A stretch of 64,000 nucleotides of DNA from Eledone cirrhosa (taxonomy: Eukaryota). The notes below the pieces were generated by a model, which was given only the letters and a program-made list of their open reading frames with translations, was not told the origin of the DNA and made no database searches. The stretch's first letter is position 1; every line of letters starts with the position of its first letter. Position numbers and translations under genes: made by a program. The stretch lies in NCBI GenBank assembly GCA_964016885.1, contig OZ024741.1, positions 180,916,001 to 180,980,000 of the forward strand. The letters are read 5' to 3'. This document shows positions 18,250-31,779 of this stretch, in pieces.

Positions 18250-18915
18250 TTAACCTTTTTGTTACCAAGTCACCTGGAGCTCCCTGGATTTATGATACAA
18301 AACTACTCATTAAAATTTTTTTATCCCTTTATTAAAGCATTTCATCATAATTTTAGTTTAGAAATTTTAAACTAAGGTTTTAAATATCAGTTGCTATTAC
18401 AAAACTTAGTTATTTCATGAATTTCCTTCAAAATTTTGGTTATTTGCAAAATTAATTGAAACACAGACTGTCTTTCCTTAGAAGTACAGTAAAGAGAGGG
18501 TTAAGGAATATATAATTCATAGTTCTGTCATTCATCCATATTTTTACATATGCAAGTGTGTTTGTGACTAGTTATGTGAATATCTGTGAGAGTAAACTGG
18601 ATCTCTGTCAGTTTTGAAAATGTGTCTTCTAGTTGTTTGATCAATTAAGTTATTCATTGAATTAGAGAATGTTTTCCTTAGACACGTGTACCCTTAACCA
18701 TTTAGCATTAAGCCAGCTGTATCTGGCCAGAATTCTCTCACCTTCTGTTCAAACCTGCCATAACTGGCCACTCATACTGATGTTAAGGTAGTTCTCAAAA
18801 TAAATAATATCAAAATCTCATAGATTCAATATTATTTGAGATATATTGTGAGGTAAAGCATTTACCATAAAAATACAATAGTAAATATAGAGTAATGTAA
18901 ATTCTAAAGGGTTAA
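18250..18915. mobile_element. Two TTAA-bounded (piggyBac-type) MITE remnants, 18250-18504 and 18694-18915
   Basis: TTAACCTTTT...GAGAGGGTTAA and TTAACCATTTAG...CTAAAGGGTTAA. Confidence 0.5.
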
Positions 18916-20387
18916 TGTTGAAGAATTAGATTGTGGTAAAGACACAGTGGGATTGAACCTAGAACTGTAGGACTGTAAAGCAAACTTCAAAACCACTCAG
19001 CTATGACAACATCCATATCTATGATACAGCAAGAATAATGGTGTACCTACCTATTCTAAACTTGATATACATGTTATTTTAATATTTATCCTTCATAGTG
19101 ATCTTGCATTAGCTTATTGCTTCATGAATTTATACACAAGCAGGGGTATGATGCAATTATATTTGTTTGATGAGATAGAATTATTGCCATTGTTATATGT
19201 CTATCAGAATCTGCTCTTATATTCCTTGTTTCTACTTTTGGGTATATAAACTATGCAGGTTAAAATAGAGAGCAGTTTGCTTCAGAAATAATACACGTTT
19301 ATAGAATTTATCAGAGCTGGAGACTGAAAGACGGCCAAACCAACAAGAAATGCTTGTTGCAATCTTCTAAAAATATTTACCAGACCAATGTGTTATTAAC
19401 AGCTTCTGAACCAAACAATCAATAGTGTTCACGAAAGATAAATGGATACTCACTTACTAACACATAGACAAAACACATTCACACCACAACATACACACTC
19501 TCTTTCTCATACACATTCACACACACACACACATGTATACACAAACACACATTCACTAACACATAGACATTCATACTACAAAATACACACACACACATAT
19601 ACACAAACACACATTCACTTGCACAAATTCACACCCAAAAATACAAACATTCTCTTTCTCATACACACTCACACAGACACACATGTATACACACATACAC
19701 ATTCATACACAGAAGCACATTCATAGACACATGCATACACAGTAACATGCACATACGTACACTCACACACACAAACACACACTTATATGTCTAAAAATAC
19801 AAATTAATAGAAACATACTCATACACAAACACACATACACACAAGTGTACACACTTTCTCACACACACATGTTCTCATATACACATAAATACACAAACAT
19901 GAACATACACTTCTGCACATACTCACATATACATAAACACATTTACACACACATACAGAAAAAAGAAACATACATACATATGAAAACAAATGCATACTCA
20001 TTATTACACATACACCTATACACAAACACACACACACACACCCACCTATACACAAACACACACACACCCACCCACCCACCTATACACAAACACACACACA
20101 TATGTATATGTGTGTATGTAGTGTAAGCTATATATGTATGTAATGTATAATGAAATGTATGTATGTACGTATGTATGTATGTACACATGTATGTATGTAC
20201 ACATGTATGTACGCATGTAAGTATGTGTGTACGTATGTACGTATGTATGTATGTATGTATGGATGGACGGGTGTATATCTATGTATGTATGTATGTGAGA
20301 TAGATAGATAGATAGATAGATAGAGAGCTATAAATACATAGTAGATAAATCTTTAAAATAATCTCAATAATTCTTCCAAATACTTAC

Positions 20388-20396
20388 TTGAAAACT
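20388..20396 (-). CDS. Candidate 9-nt microexon (SFQ)
   Basis: Polypyrimidine tract CTTTTTCTATTTTCTGTTTCACTTAGACAG|AGTTTTCAA|GTAAGT; frame-compatible with both neighbouring exons. Confidence 0.5.
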
Positions 20397-20761
20397 CTGT
20401 CTAAGTGAAACAGAAAATAGAAAAAGTTTGTGATGCTGTATAACAATAAATACTGTAACAGTATTATATAGATCATGTATAATAATAGATACACCTAATA
20501 CCACTAGATGACCTTCAGTACGACCTGCATCTTTTGTAATCCTATTTATCCTTCCTCTCTCTCTAAGTCTAGGCCCTTTGGAATTGTGGCTATGTAAGAA
20601 ATTACTACCATACATATGTTTGTAATAAGTAGCTACACACACACACACACACAAAGATATACAAGGTATATTTGATTGATCAAACACATGATTTACATGT
20701 GTAGGAAACTCTGGAAGATGAATTAGTGAAGCAACAACTGTTTATATATATATAAGTGTGG

Positions 20762-20809
<48 letters not shown>

Positions 20810-21079
20810 ATATATATATATGTGTATATATATGTGTATATATATAATATATAAGATCAAAAGATGGTTAAAAGAGTTCCATGTATTTTATTATGCGCAT
20901 TTCAAAAACAAATATCATCATGCAATAACATTTGTGTTTTCATCAGATAAAATAGGAAGACATGATATGAAGGTTAAAAAACACTTGTGAATAGTGCAGT
21001 TTTAAATCAACATATATGATATGTTGATTTAAAACTGCACTATTCACAAGTGTTTTTTAACCTTCATATCATGTCTTCC

Positions 21080-21150
21080 TATTTTATCTGATGAAAACAC
21101 AAATGTTATTGCATGATGATATTTGTTTTTGAAATGCGCATAATAAAATA
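21080..21150 (+). ncRNA. Type I hammerhead (mirror copy on the - strand at 20884-20954)
   Basis: TATTTTAT-CTGATGA-long stem II (AAACACAAATGTTATT/GATGATATTTGTTTTT)-GAAA-TGCGCA-TA-ATAAAATA, with palindrome ATGCGCAT. Confidence 0.85.
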
Positions 21151-21276
21151 CATGGAACTCTTTTAACCATCTTTTGATCTTATATATTATGTATACTCCA
21201 GTCCTACAAACTGTAGAGTGCTTCTTATCCGATATCTGCATTGCTTTATTGTACTACAATAAAACTCACCTCCTAC

Positions 21277-21331
<55 letters not shown>

Positions 21332-23154
21332 TTATTTCAGTTTAGCATCAATTCTTCCATGCTTTCATGGGTTAGATGGGTTGTCCATGTCAGGAGGCAA
21401 GTGTGACCATGGTTGGCCAGGTATTTTACAGCTGGATGTCCTTCCTAGGCGGCCGACTGGACTAGAAACTGCTAAATGTGTGGCCGCCTTATTGTCTCTC
21501 TCTCTACCTTTTCAGCCCCATGGATTATATTCCTTTGTTAAATTTCGAATACCTGATGATGTCACCGGATTCATACTGAACCTGGTCATTGAAATTATCA
21601 TAGTATAATAAACCTTTAAGGAATTACACCAGTCCAGCCTCCTGATATTTTTTAATAATTAACTCCGTACTCGCACCACCAACAACACAAACAAAGACGG
21701 GTGAGTTGCATTACGTCGAGTGCTCTCCCTAATATTACATCGAGGTTGACCATATGGAATGACCAGTTCTATCCACTGGTGAACCAACAAACCTAAATGT
21801 ATATATATATATATAAATACACTGTAAAGTGGTCGTGTAGGCGCCACGGAAAGAAAGCACCCAGTTCTCACTGTAAATGAGGTTGGTGTTAGGAAGGACA
21901 TCCAGCTGTAGAACTCAAGCCAGAATCAGTTCCCGTATGAGCAAGACAAGGTCAGCCGACCGGGCACTGCCCACAACAGGACAACCTGTCTAACCCATGC
22001 TAAAATGGTGATGATGAAATACACACACTGGTGAGATGGGCATGTTTTGTCAAGGCTAATAAAATGAATTTACATAAATGCTATCAATTAGTTAATATAT
22101 CAATATTATCATGGTTCATTTCCTCTTTTGAAATGATCATAAAACAATGGATTATTTAAGCACTGAACCTTGTCATTTTTGTTTTTATTTTTCAACCCAT
22201 ATATATGAAAGTGTGCATGTGTATATTTATATATATATATAGTTTATTAGTGTGTTAAATTTTTTGTTTTTAGCTATTATTGTTTAACTAGTTTGAGCAC
22301 TCAATGCTAATATGGGTCTGGTTGCCGATGTGGTATTGTACATTTGGCATTATACCGTAGTCGGTATTCTTAAGAAGCAGAGTGTTAATAATAATTGTTT
22401 CTACTTTAGGCACAAGGCCAGCAATTATCCAGTACATTAGTGGTACTTTATTTTATCGACCCCGTAAGGATGAAAGGCAAAGTCAACCTCAGCGGGATTT
22501 GAACTCAGATCGTAAAGGGACGTAACTATGCTGGAAAGCATGGCGTCCGACCCTCTACCGATACTGCCAATCCACCTGTAATAATGATTCCTCCTATAGG
22601 CACAAGGCCAGCGATTTTGGGAGAGGGGGAAGTTAATTAGATCGACCCTAGTGCATTACTGGTGCTTTATTTTATCGATCTCGTAAGGACGAAAGGCAAA
22701 GTTAAACTCGGCGAGATTCGAAGTCAGACCATAAAGGGCTATAACTCTATGCACGTAAATGACCATACAACAATAAAATAACAATAATGGTTTCTGATTT
22801 AGGCACAAAGTCACCAATTTTAGGGGAGGTGAAAGTCGATTAAATCGACCCCAGTATATTACTGGTGCTTTATTTTATCAACCCAGTGTGGATGAGAGGT
22901 AAAGCTAACCACGGCGCAATTTTTAACTCAGACCATAAAGGGTCGTAAGTCTCTGCTGCAAAGCATGGTGTCCAATGCTCTATCGATACTGCCAATCTAC
23001 CACAGGAACAGGACTGCAGTATCAATATAGTATCACTGTTTATTCACATGTGATGTGTGTTTCACGATTGATCAGCTCCAGGTATGATCGGTATCGATTG
23101 GGCTCAACTCTGGAATCAATAGCTCATCAGATTTGTGGATTTCTTAATTAAGGA

Positions 23155-23224
<70 letters not shown>

Positions 23225-23298
23225 CACTACTGTTTTGTATATAACCTTACTTCCCTTTTCAAATATATATATATATATATATAATATAATGATAACGC

Positions 23299-23338
<40 letters not shown>

Positions 23339-24169
23339 GAGTCATCATTTAATATCCGTTTTCCATGCTCTTGAATTGGGAGGGTCTTTCTAGAGCAAGT
23401 CAGTACTCAAGCAGGACTACTGACCTGTCAGATGGGCGGGAGCTTGCATTGCACTTACATAAAGTTGCTTTCTCTGCCTTGTGCATTTTATTATGTCACC
23501 AGCACTAGGATGGTTATCATGTCGTTGACACACTTGAAGAGTCCTCCTAACCTTATTTTTGGCAAGCTTTCTATGGTTGGATGTCCTTCCTATCACCAAC
23601 CACTTTAATGCACATACTGGGTGCATCTGTCATGCTGATCTCCAACATTAGGAAGGTGTCTTTCACACAACTGAAGCACACTCCCAGCCCCATGTTTGGC
23701 AAGCTGTTTATGGCTAGATGCCCTTCCTATCACCAACCACCTTACTGTGTGTACAGGGTGCATTTATCATGTAGATTAACACTACAGAGGTTGCTGTACC
23801 GTTGATATAACTGAAGGGTTCTCTTGACTCTTTTTGGCATTGCATTTTTCAGTGAGATGCTCTTTCTATCACCAACCACTTTACAGGATGTACTGGATGC
23901 CTTTTCCTGGTACCATATTAGAAAGGTTGTTGGTTATATTCCCAACTGAAGATAAGTATGGTGTTATAGATGTATGGCAAGTGTAGTGTTATTTGACAGG
24001 GTCATGTGTAGGAGGGAAGGTGTGACCACCAATAGCATAGAGGGAGTAGTCAGAGATATATCAGGATTTGTAGAGGAGAGGATGTATTGATGATGAGAAT
24101 AGCTAAGAGGTTATAGTGTTGGATAGGGTGGTTGATAGCAGAGGGAGTGGTATTCACCAGAGTGTCAGG

Positions 24170-24690
24170 ACTTAGTAATCTTTTAAGCTTTTCGACTATA
24201 GTTTTTTTTCTATGCTTGGAATTTTGCCTCTACCTCTCCTACAGATTCAGCTATGAGGACTAAGTGATCAGCATACTGGAGTTTACATGGAATGCCAGAT
24301 TTAAAATCCTCAGTGATGATCTGCAGCATAATAATTAACTGCAGTGGACTGAGGAATGTAGTCTGATGGATCTTTACCTGCACTTCAAAGTCATCACTGT
24401 ACCTCTTGCCAACTCTCTCCTTGCTGGTTTCACCTTTATACATGGCTTGCACGTCTATGTATAAAGCCATTTATCTGCACCTAGCTTCCTATGTGCCCAC
24501 CAGATCACAGAGCGTGAGATCCTGTCAAAAACCTTCTCTAGATCTACAAATGCCAGGTACAGTGGCTTACTCTTAATTATATAACTTTCCTGCAGTTGTC
24601 TCACAAGAAAGAGGGCATTGGTAATACTCCTACCTGTCATAAAGCCGAATTGTATCTTGTCAAACTTGATTTTGTCCCTCATCAATTGAG
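24170..24690 (-). mobile_element. RTE-clade LINE reverse transcriptase fragment
   Basis: QFGFMTGRSITNALFLVRQLQE, LYLAFVDLEKVFDRI, LSPL and LQYADHLVL; frameshifted. Confidence 0.88.
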
Positions 24691-25079
24691 CTATAACGCC
24701 CCCCCCCCATAATACACTCATATATATGTAAAGTGGTCGTGTAGGTGTCATGACAAAAAGGACCCAGTCCACACTGTAAAGTGTTCATGTAGGAGGCATG
24801 GCAAAAAGCACCCAGCACACTCTGTAAAGTGGTCATGTAGGAGTTACAACAAAAAGCACCCAGTCCATGCTGTAAAGTCTTTGAGTAGGTGACATTGTAA
24901 AAAGCACCCAGCACACTCTGTAAATGTGGTTTGTTTTAAGAAGGGCATCTAGCCATAGAAACCAAGCCAAGATCAGATCTGTGTGAGCGAATCATGGTCC
25001 TCCGACCTGATCCCTCACAAAGGGACAGCCCGTCCTACCCATGCTAGCGTGGAAGATGGACGTTAAATGATGATGATTA

Positions 25080-25147
<68 letters not shown>

Positions 25148-26354
25148 GTATGTATGAATATATGTATGTACGTATGCGCGTGTGTTTATGTATTTCAATG
25201 AACTATGGGGATTCATAAATCCAGTACTTAACCTAGCCTTGGATCCTGTGGCATATTAATTTCCCCTCCTCTAAGCAAGCATGCATGGTATTCTGTCTAG
25301 ATGATTATTATGTTTGTGTTTAAGTCTGTTGTTTCTAAGTAGTTATAATTTCTAGATGCATCTTTTCCAACTGTGCACAAAGAGAAACGTAATTAATGAG
25401 ATTACTATAAATCAGGTTTATATAGCAGCTCCTGCGGTCTGCATGTGATTTCATTGGACTCCCCTTGTAGCCCATGATGAACATGGTTTACCATTAAATT
25501 ATTAGATAATGAAGGGATAAACCAACACAGCTGCCATATAACAGGAGGAAGGAGATTCTAAATAAAACTGGTACTGGATCAAAACTCATCTCATACAATC
25601 CTCTTTAATTTGTTTGAAGCAATAGCTTCTGTTAATTTCCTTTCATGTTTTCATACAGCTATAGATAGATTTTGTTGAACATTAAGACATTGCAAAGGAA
25701 CAGTAGCAGAATTCTCAATCTATTTACAGACAAAAATAGTGTGTGTGTGGGGGTGGGGGGAGATTGCTAGTTGGCATGGGCATATGATTCTGAAAAGGCA
25801 TACACCCCTTAAGTCTAGTTATCACATACCCACACATACACACATATACACACACATTTGTAGCACATTTATAAATTATCAATGCAACATTGATTACTAA
25901 AATACTTAATGAGTAGTTTTAAATGGAACTTATGTTTTACATCTGACCTAGGTTTATTACCAGCCTCGGGGCCCTATATTTCCTTTCATTACCTAATAAT
26001 TTCACATCTTGTCTGGACCTATTATGTGCTTGAAATGGAGGCCTACATTTCACATCTGATCTATAAACAGCCAGGGAGGCCTACATTTAATATACGGTCT
26101 TGACCTATTTCCGAATTTACATGAGCCATCCTACATAGTTGATATTTGAAATAGAAATACCTAAAGCTTGACAAATTTAGTTTACCAAATAGAGTTTTCC
26201 TTAAAACGATGTGTCCAGTTATTTTAAACTTATTTATTTGAACATCTATAAAGACCAGTAGAATGTTTTAAATCAAACATGCGTTGCTTGTATGAAACAA
26301 TGTTTGAGGTGACCACATGCATAAATAAACTGGCGTGTCTTGCAGCTGTCTTAC

Positions 26355-26440
26355 CTTCATCTCGGCAACTTTAGCTTCTGACTCCCTACTTTTGTTTAGT
26401 TTGTCCGTTATTGAACTTCTTCGTACATTACCAGTGATAT
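26355..26440 (-). CDS. Internal coding exon of an unidentified gene (DITGNVRRSSITDKLNKSRESEAKVAEMK)
   Basis: Acceptor TTTTTTTATCTTCAG, donor AAG|GTAAGA, open frame, ends in phase 0. Confidence 0.7.
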
Positions 26441-27329
26441 CTGAAGATAAAAAAAACAAGGTTTAAATGGTTTAAATACAGTATAAAGTTCAGGCTGTAC
26501 ATAAGTGGCATAACGTTACATAACGTACATAAAGGGCATAATATCGCTTAATATTAAAAAAGAAAAAGGAAACAAAAACAAAACATTTCTGTCTGCATAA
26601 TTTGTTTGCAAGCTTGTGCTTCTCTTGAAACAGTGCCACCATTTCTCAAAGAATCTTATCACGGAGCTGCAGATCCATCTCAGAAAAAAAAAATACCCTG
26701 GGGCATAATAGGGAATATTCTAGAAAGGAAATGGAGTGAAAGAAAGAAGGAACCCTGGCAGAACAGAATGGATTTTCTAAAATACATCATTTTCATTTTG
26801 TGACGTCAAATCCTGCGTTTTTCTTTCAATCACTCTTAAATCTTTCTTTGTCTTTTCACCCCCCCCCCCATTCTCCATCTGTCTCACTCCATTTCGTTCT
26901 CAATCTTTTCCCCATTTCCTTCTCCATCATTCCCCCCTCTCTCTCTCTCACACACACACGATTCTTCTCATTTATATTTCTGCGTTTCTATAGATATGCA
27001 TGTGCACCTGTATTTATAAATCCATACATATGTATTGCATGTTTGTATAGGAATATATATATATACTCCTTATGGGTTTATATGACATACACACACATAC
27101 CCCCCCCCTAACTCACACACATGGCTTCTTGTTTAGTGTTAGGATCTATCCAATAAGGATTTTGACATTGCAGGGTAAAAAATCCATGATGTAAAACTGA
27201 GTGAATCTGGCCCTGTTGATGGTGTTAAGCGTGGTAAATCAATTGATGACAGTTTCAATATTGTTCCACTCTAGTAGATCAGTTTTTTTCTAACGATGGT
27301 AATAATTTTTCTAAGGGTACTTTTTACTA

Positions 27330-28260
27330 ACTAGACTTAGATGGCTCTTAGAATTCGTTAGTAGATGCGCAGACATAGACAATAATGACCTTCAAATTAT
27401 ATTCCCCCACCCACGAGAAAGTACGTCCTTAATAACGGAGCGATATGGGAAAAAAAATCGGATGCCATGGAATTCTTAGATGCATCCATGGAGTTATCTG
27501 TGAGTTGGCGGGGTTTATACACTTTAGACACATTACAATGTAAGTTCCCAGATTTTAGTACAAGTCTATAACTCGACGAAGGTCTGATCCTAATGAGCTA
27601 CAAAAGCAACCATGACATTGATACTTCAATAGCCTAGGGTTAGAAATCACTGTAATTACAATCTCATGAGTGTTAATTTTCTAGACGTCGCCTTCGACCT
27701 AAACTCACATACACATGAACCATGTGACAAACTAAATGAGTAATATAGATACAACAGAAGCTCATGTGACCCACTCATAGTCTTCAGGGATTTAGCAGCT
27801 AACAAGGATATCTGTGATAGAGCAGCCTCCTATTACAATAACGCCTTGGGCAATAGTGACATTAAAGATAAGGTCTTGAACTCCCCTGACAAGTATATTA
27901 CGCACACTACTACTAGCAATAGATCGTGAGAAATGGCTTACATCCCATTTCTCCCTAAATGTTGACCAATGTAGGAAAGAGATCCTTAGCTCTTATAGAC
28001 ACATATTTCTCTGTAGGCTATAAATATAGAAATATGTTTAGCAGACAAACGATTAAAATTGGCTATTTCTGTTCGAGAAACGCTATGCCTACCAGACCAA
28101 GCATGCAAAGCAGCGTCCGCAATATACGAAGCTAGGGACAGCTCGACCAACCAGACCAACGATAGGAAGTCTGGAGATACGTGGGAATGTCAGAAGACCG
28201 ATTTAAAAACAGCTTCCTAAACTACATAGCGACCTTCATGTATACTGACAAAGATCCAAC
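27330..28260 (+). mobile_element. Highly decayed Penelope-like RT fragment
   Basis: Remnants ICELAGLY, VNFLDVAFDLN, TNVGK and TIKIGYFCSRN, with many stops. Confidence 0.6.
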
Positions 28261-28546
28261 ATTAAACTCGTTAGTCACGCTTGGGATCTTTAAGAGAGCG
28301 GCACAAATTTCTCCACCAAAGAGAGATCCCTAAACTATTCCCACACGTGTGTGTATGTGTGTGTGTGTATCGATATGTGTGTGTGTGTCTGGTGGGTTGG
28401 TTTATTGGTTTGTATGTGCAAAACTGTGAATGCACGTGCGTTAGACCGTAACAGAGCTGGCTGCTGTGAGAGTGTAGCGGTGTGAATGTGCACGCGCATG
28501 AGCTGACCAACGTAGGAAGGTATACCTATGTATGTGAAATCCTGCG

Positions 28547-28593
<47 letters not shown>

Positions 28594-29081
28594 GTAGAAA
28601 CAGCCACAAGGGGTTGCGGTGAAAGGGAGGCTGTAGTGAACAAGATCGTAGCCCCGTCATATTTTGAGGGTATGGCCGGAAGAGGAACAACTTGGCTTTG
28701 GGTACGACGATATGCAGACGATAACATGTTTTTTTTTTGCCACTGGTCAATTACTTTTTTTATCCCGTTGTTCACAATTGGTTGAACAATGAAAACACAC
28801 GAATTTTAAACCTAGAAATTATATATTCAAAAACAAAATGTTCATAATGTACAACTTTACCGATGGAGACAATCGGGTTTTAGATGTATGGATTGGCAGT
28901 ATCGGTAGAGGGTCGGACGCCATGCTTTTCAGCATAGTTACGTCCCTTTACGATCTGAGTTCAAATTTCGCCGAGGTTGACTTTGCCTTTCATCCTTACG
29001 GGGTCGATAAAATAAAGTACCAGTAATGCACTGGGTAATTGCTGGCCTTGTGCCTAACGTAGAAACAATTATTATGTATTA

Positions 29082-29280
29082 ATCAGACCTGCCAGCCTCT
29101 AAAATCCCAAACGGGGAGTAACACGAAAAAAAGTGACCCAAAACGGGGAGAATTGAGGCAAAATGGGGAGATTTTCCATAATGAAAGTTATACCAATTTT
29201 CACAAGAGAAGACATCTCTCAACCTCCCCAAAGTGTGTGGGAGATCTCCCCGTTGAGCAGGGAGAGTTAACAGGTCTGAT
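29082..29280. mobile_element. Short MITE-like element
   Basis: Terminal inverted repeats ATCAGACCTG/CAGGTCTGAT with internal GGGGAGA/TCTCCCC motifs; no TSD found. Confidence 0.5.
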
Positions 29281-29373
29281 AAACTAAATTGTCTCTCCAT
29301 GAATTGCACGAAACACTGCTAGAGCTCGATATTCCACGGCCTACCATTACTTCTATAAACATTATATTTATTA

Positions 29374-29562
29374 GGGCGGTGAATTGGCAGTATCGGTAGA
29401 GGGTTGGACGCCATGCTTTCTAGCATAGTTACGTCCCTTTATAGTCTGAGTTCAAATCCCGCCGAGGTTAACTTTGCCTTCCATCCTTACGGGGTCGATA
29501 AAATAAAGTACCAGTAATGTACTGAGCAATTGCTGGCCTTGTGCCTAAAGTACAAACAATTA
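29374..29562 (+). mobile_element. tRNA-derived SINE with Nin/Deu-like core (also 16160-16350, 28890-29072; - strand 14020-14195, 14225-14412, 22392-22580, 22585-22750, 22790-23003)
   Basis: A-box-like TGGCAGTATCGG, B-box GAGTTCAAATCC and conserved GCCTT(T/C)CATCCTTACGGGGTCGATAAAATAAAGTACCAG in about 8 dispersed copies. Confidence 0.8.
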
Positions 29563-30748
29563 TATTTATTATCAACAATAAGTGAAAAAACAAGGACAAA
29601 ACGACAATATTGTTCGATTAATGGACACATTCACTCAGCTTAACAGACACCTACTTTAAGGTGCACTTAATTACATACACGGCACAAGGCTTCACAAATG
29701 TGTCTTGGGAAGTGTATGTTTTCTCGGTAGGCGTTATGCAATGATTTATTTTGTAAGAAGCTTCGATTTCATTTTCAGTTGTAATTCCAGTGAGACATGT
29801 TTTCTTTAAAAACAATAAAAAAAGCAACACCTTTGTCTCCCTTTTTTTTCCTTCTCCTCTCTCTCTCCCTCTGTCCCCCCCTCTTTTTCCTCCTCCCCTC
29901 TCTCTCCCTCTGCCCCCCTCTCTCTCTCTCTATATATATATATAGAAAGAGAGAGAGAGAGTGCGTTCCAAAAGTGTATACATACTTCAACAGCATTCTA
30001 ATAAATATTGTCTGTACAGGTAATCAAATGATGATGATGATGTGTACATTTTTGGGGTACACCATGAATATATGTATATATATATATATATGAGTGTGTG
30101 TGGGGTGTGTGTGTGTGTGTGTGGGGGGGGGGGGTGTATTCAGCACGCTTGGTCAATGGGAATACGCTTTTCTTTGTGCTACAAAATGCAGTGGGGCAAC
30201 AGAACAAGCTTTATTTTCAGCCCACACAAATCTAAAGGATGAATATAGTTATCTCTATTTCTCCTATTTCAGGCTGTTCTCTTATCTTTTAGCTGAGTCA
30301 TTGTTAACAATAGAATTTTCAGGTGGCTTTGTTAGTAATAGAGTTTTGAGGAAAAAAATCAGAGGCATGCTTTGTTTAATCATATTTTCAACTTCCCTTG
30401 GTTTCTACATCACAAACATTTGCCTTTGTTTTTTTTTTATTGTTTTTATTTGTTGTATTCTGTTCCCTTTTTTTTAAACTTTGAAACTGAAGTGTCGAAC
30501 GAAAAAGAACTTGATAACAGGCTTGATAGTTTACCGAGTCGAGTGCAGAGATCGAATCCTTTCGTACAAGAGAAATAGAGACAAAAAAAAAAAAAGAGAG
30601 AAATGAGGACACTTCTATATTTGTTCTTATCTATGACGTCAGCAATCGCTCTTTAGACAGCATGCTCTTTCTCAAACAAAACTGATAAATATGTTTCAGA
30701 GATAAAGTGTGTGTGTGTGTGTGTGTGAGTATATACACACACACACAC

Positions 30749-30804
<56 letters not shown>

Positions 30805-30806
30805 TG

Positions 30807-30838
<32 letters not shown>

Positions 30839-30855
30839 TATATGCATGTATCATC

Positions 30856-30940
<85 letters not shown>

Positions 30941-31223
30941 GAAGTTATATTTAATTTGTTGGGATACAACAAGCAAATATTTTTATAACTGATATAAAGC
31001 ACTCAACAAATTATTGGAGTAAAAATACAATATATTAACAAATGGAAACTATATTTATAAAACCATATTTATTTCATTATACATATTTCAAGGACACCAA
31101 GGCAAATTATGGTGCGCTTTCATCAGATAAAATATATCCGGGAGCTTCCAACTGAAATGGTCGCATTCCTTTAAGGGTATGTCAATATTTATTTATATTT
31201 ATTTATAAAACTGATCTATATTA

Positions 31224-31289
31224 TATTTTATCTGATGAAAGCGCACCATAATTTGCCTTGGTGGCCCTTGAAATATGTATAATGAAATA
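31224..31289 (+). ncRNA. Type I hammerhead (inverted copy on the - strand at 31070-31134)
   Basis: TATTTTAT-CTGATGA-AAGCGCACCA..TGGTGGCCCTT-GAAA-TATGTA-TA-ATGAAATA, with distal helix TATTTATAAAAC/GTTTTATAAATA. Confidence 0.78.
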
Positions 31290-31330
31290 AATATGGTTTT
31301 ATAAATATAGTTTCCATTTGTTAATATATC

Positions 31331-31423
<93 letters not shown>

Positions 31424-31482
31424 TACGCACATATATGTATGTATCATCGTATATATATATATATATATATATGAATAAATAG

Positions 31483-31773
31483 TGTTGTCTCTGATCGAGA
31501 CGAAGCGAGAGTGTATTTGAATATACATAAAAATGGGAAAAATTCTCACTAGAACAGCCGTTAAAACCACCAAATGCCGTCAAATACAGCGATGGGCAAA
31601 AATGCCTCAGAGAACTGAGACCAGCGGCCAATGGTCGACAGAGAGACAATCCATGAGGGGGGTGACAGGCAGATGAAATATAGAAAAGATTGAAAGAGAA
31701 AGAGGACAAGAAGAAGTGTGTTGGCGCATAGAAGTGAGTGGAAGAAGGAAATAAAGAAAGGTAATGTACAACA
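31483..31773 (-). mobile_element. Probable 3' LTR of the Gypsy element
   Basis: Bounded by TGTTGT...ACAACA inverted termini. A purine-rich tract precedes it on the - strand, and it lies downstream of the integrase. Confidence 0.65.
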
Positions 31774-31779
31774 TAATTT

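Noticed and set aside
30372-30578. Protein-like stretch ETEVSNEKELDNRLDSLPSRVQRSNPF
   Set aside because: No clear splice acceptor or recognisable homology; cannot be supported as an exon.
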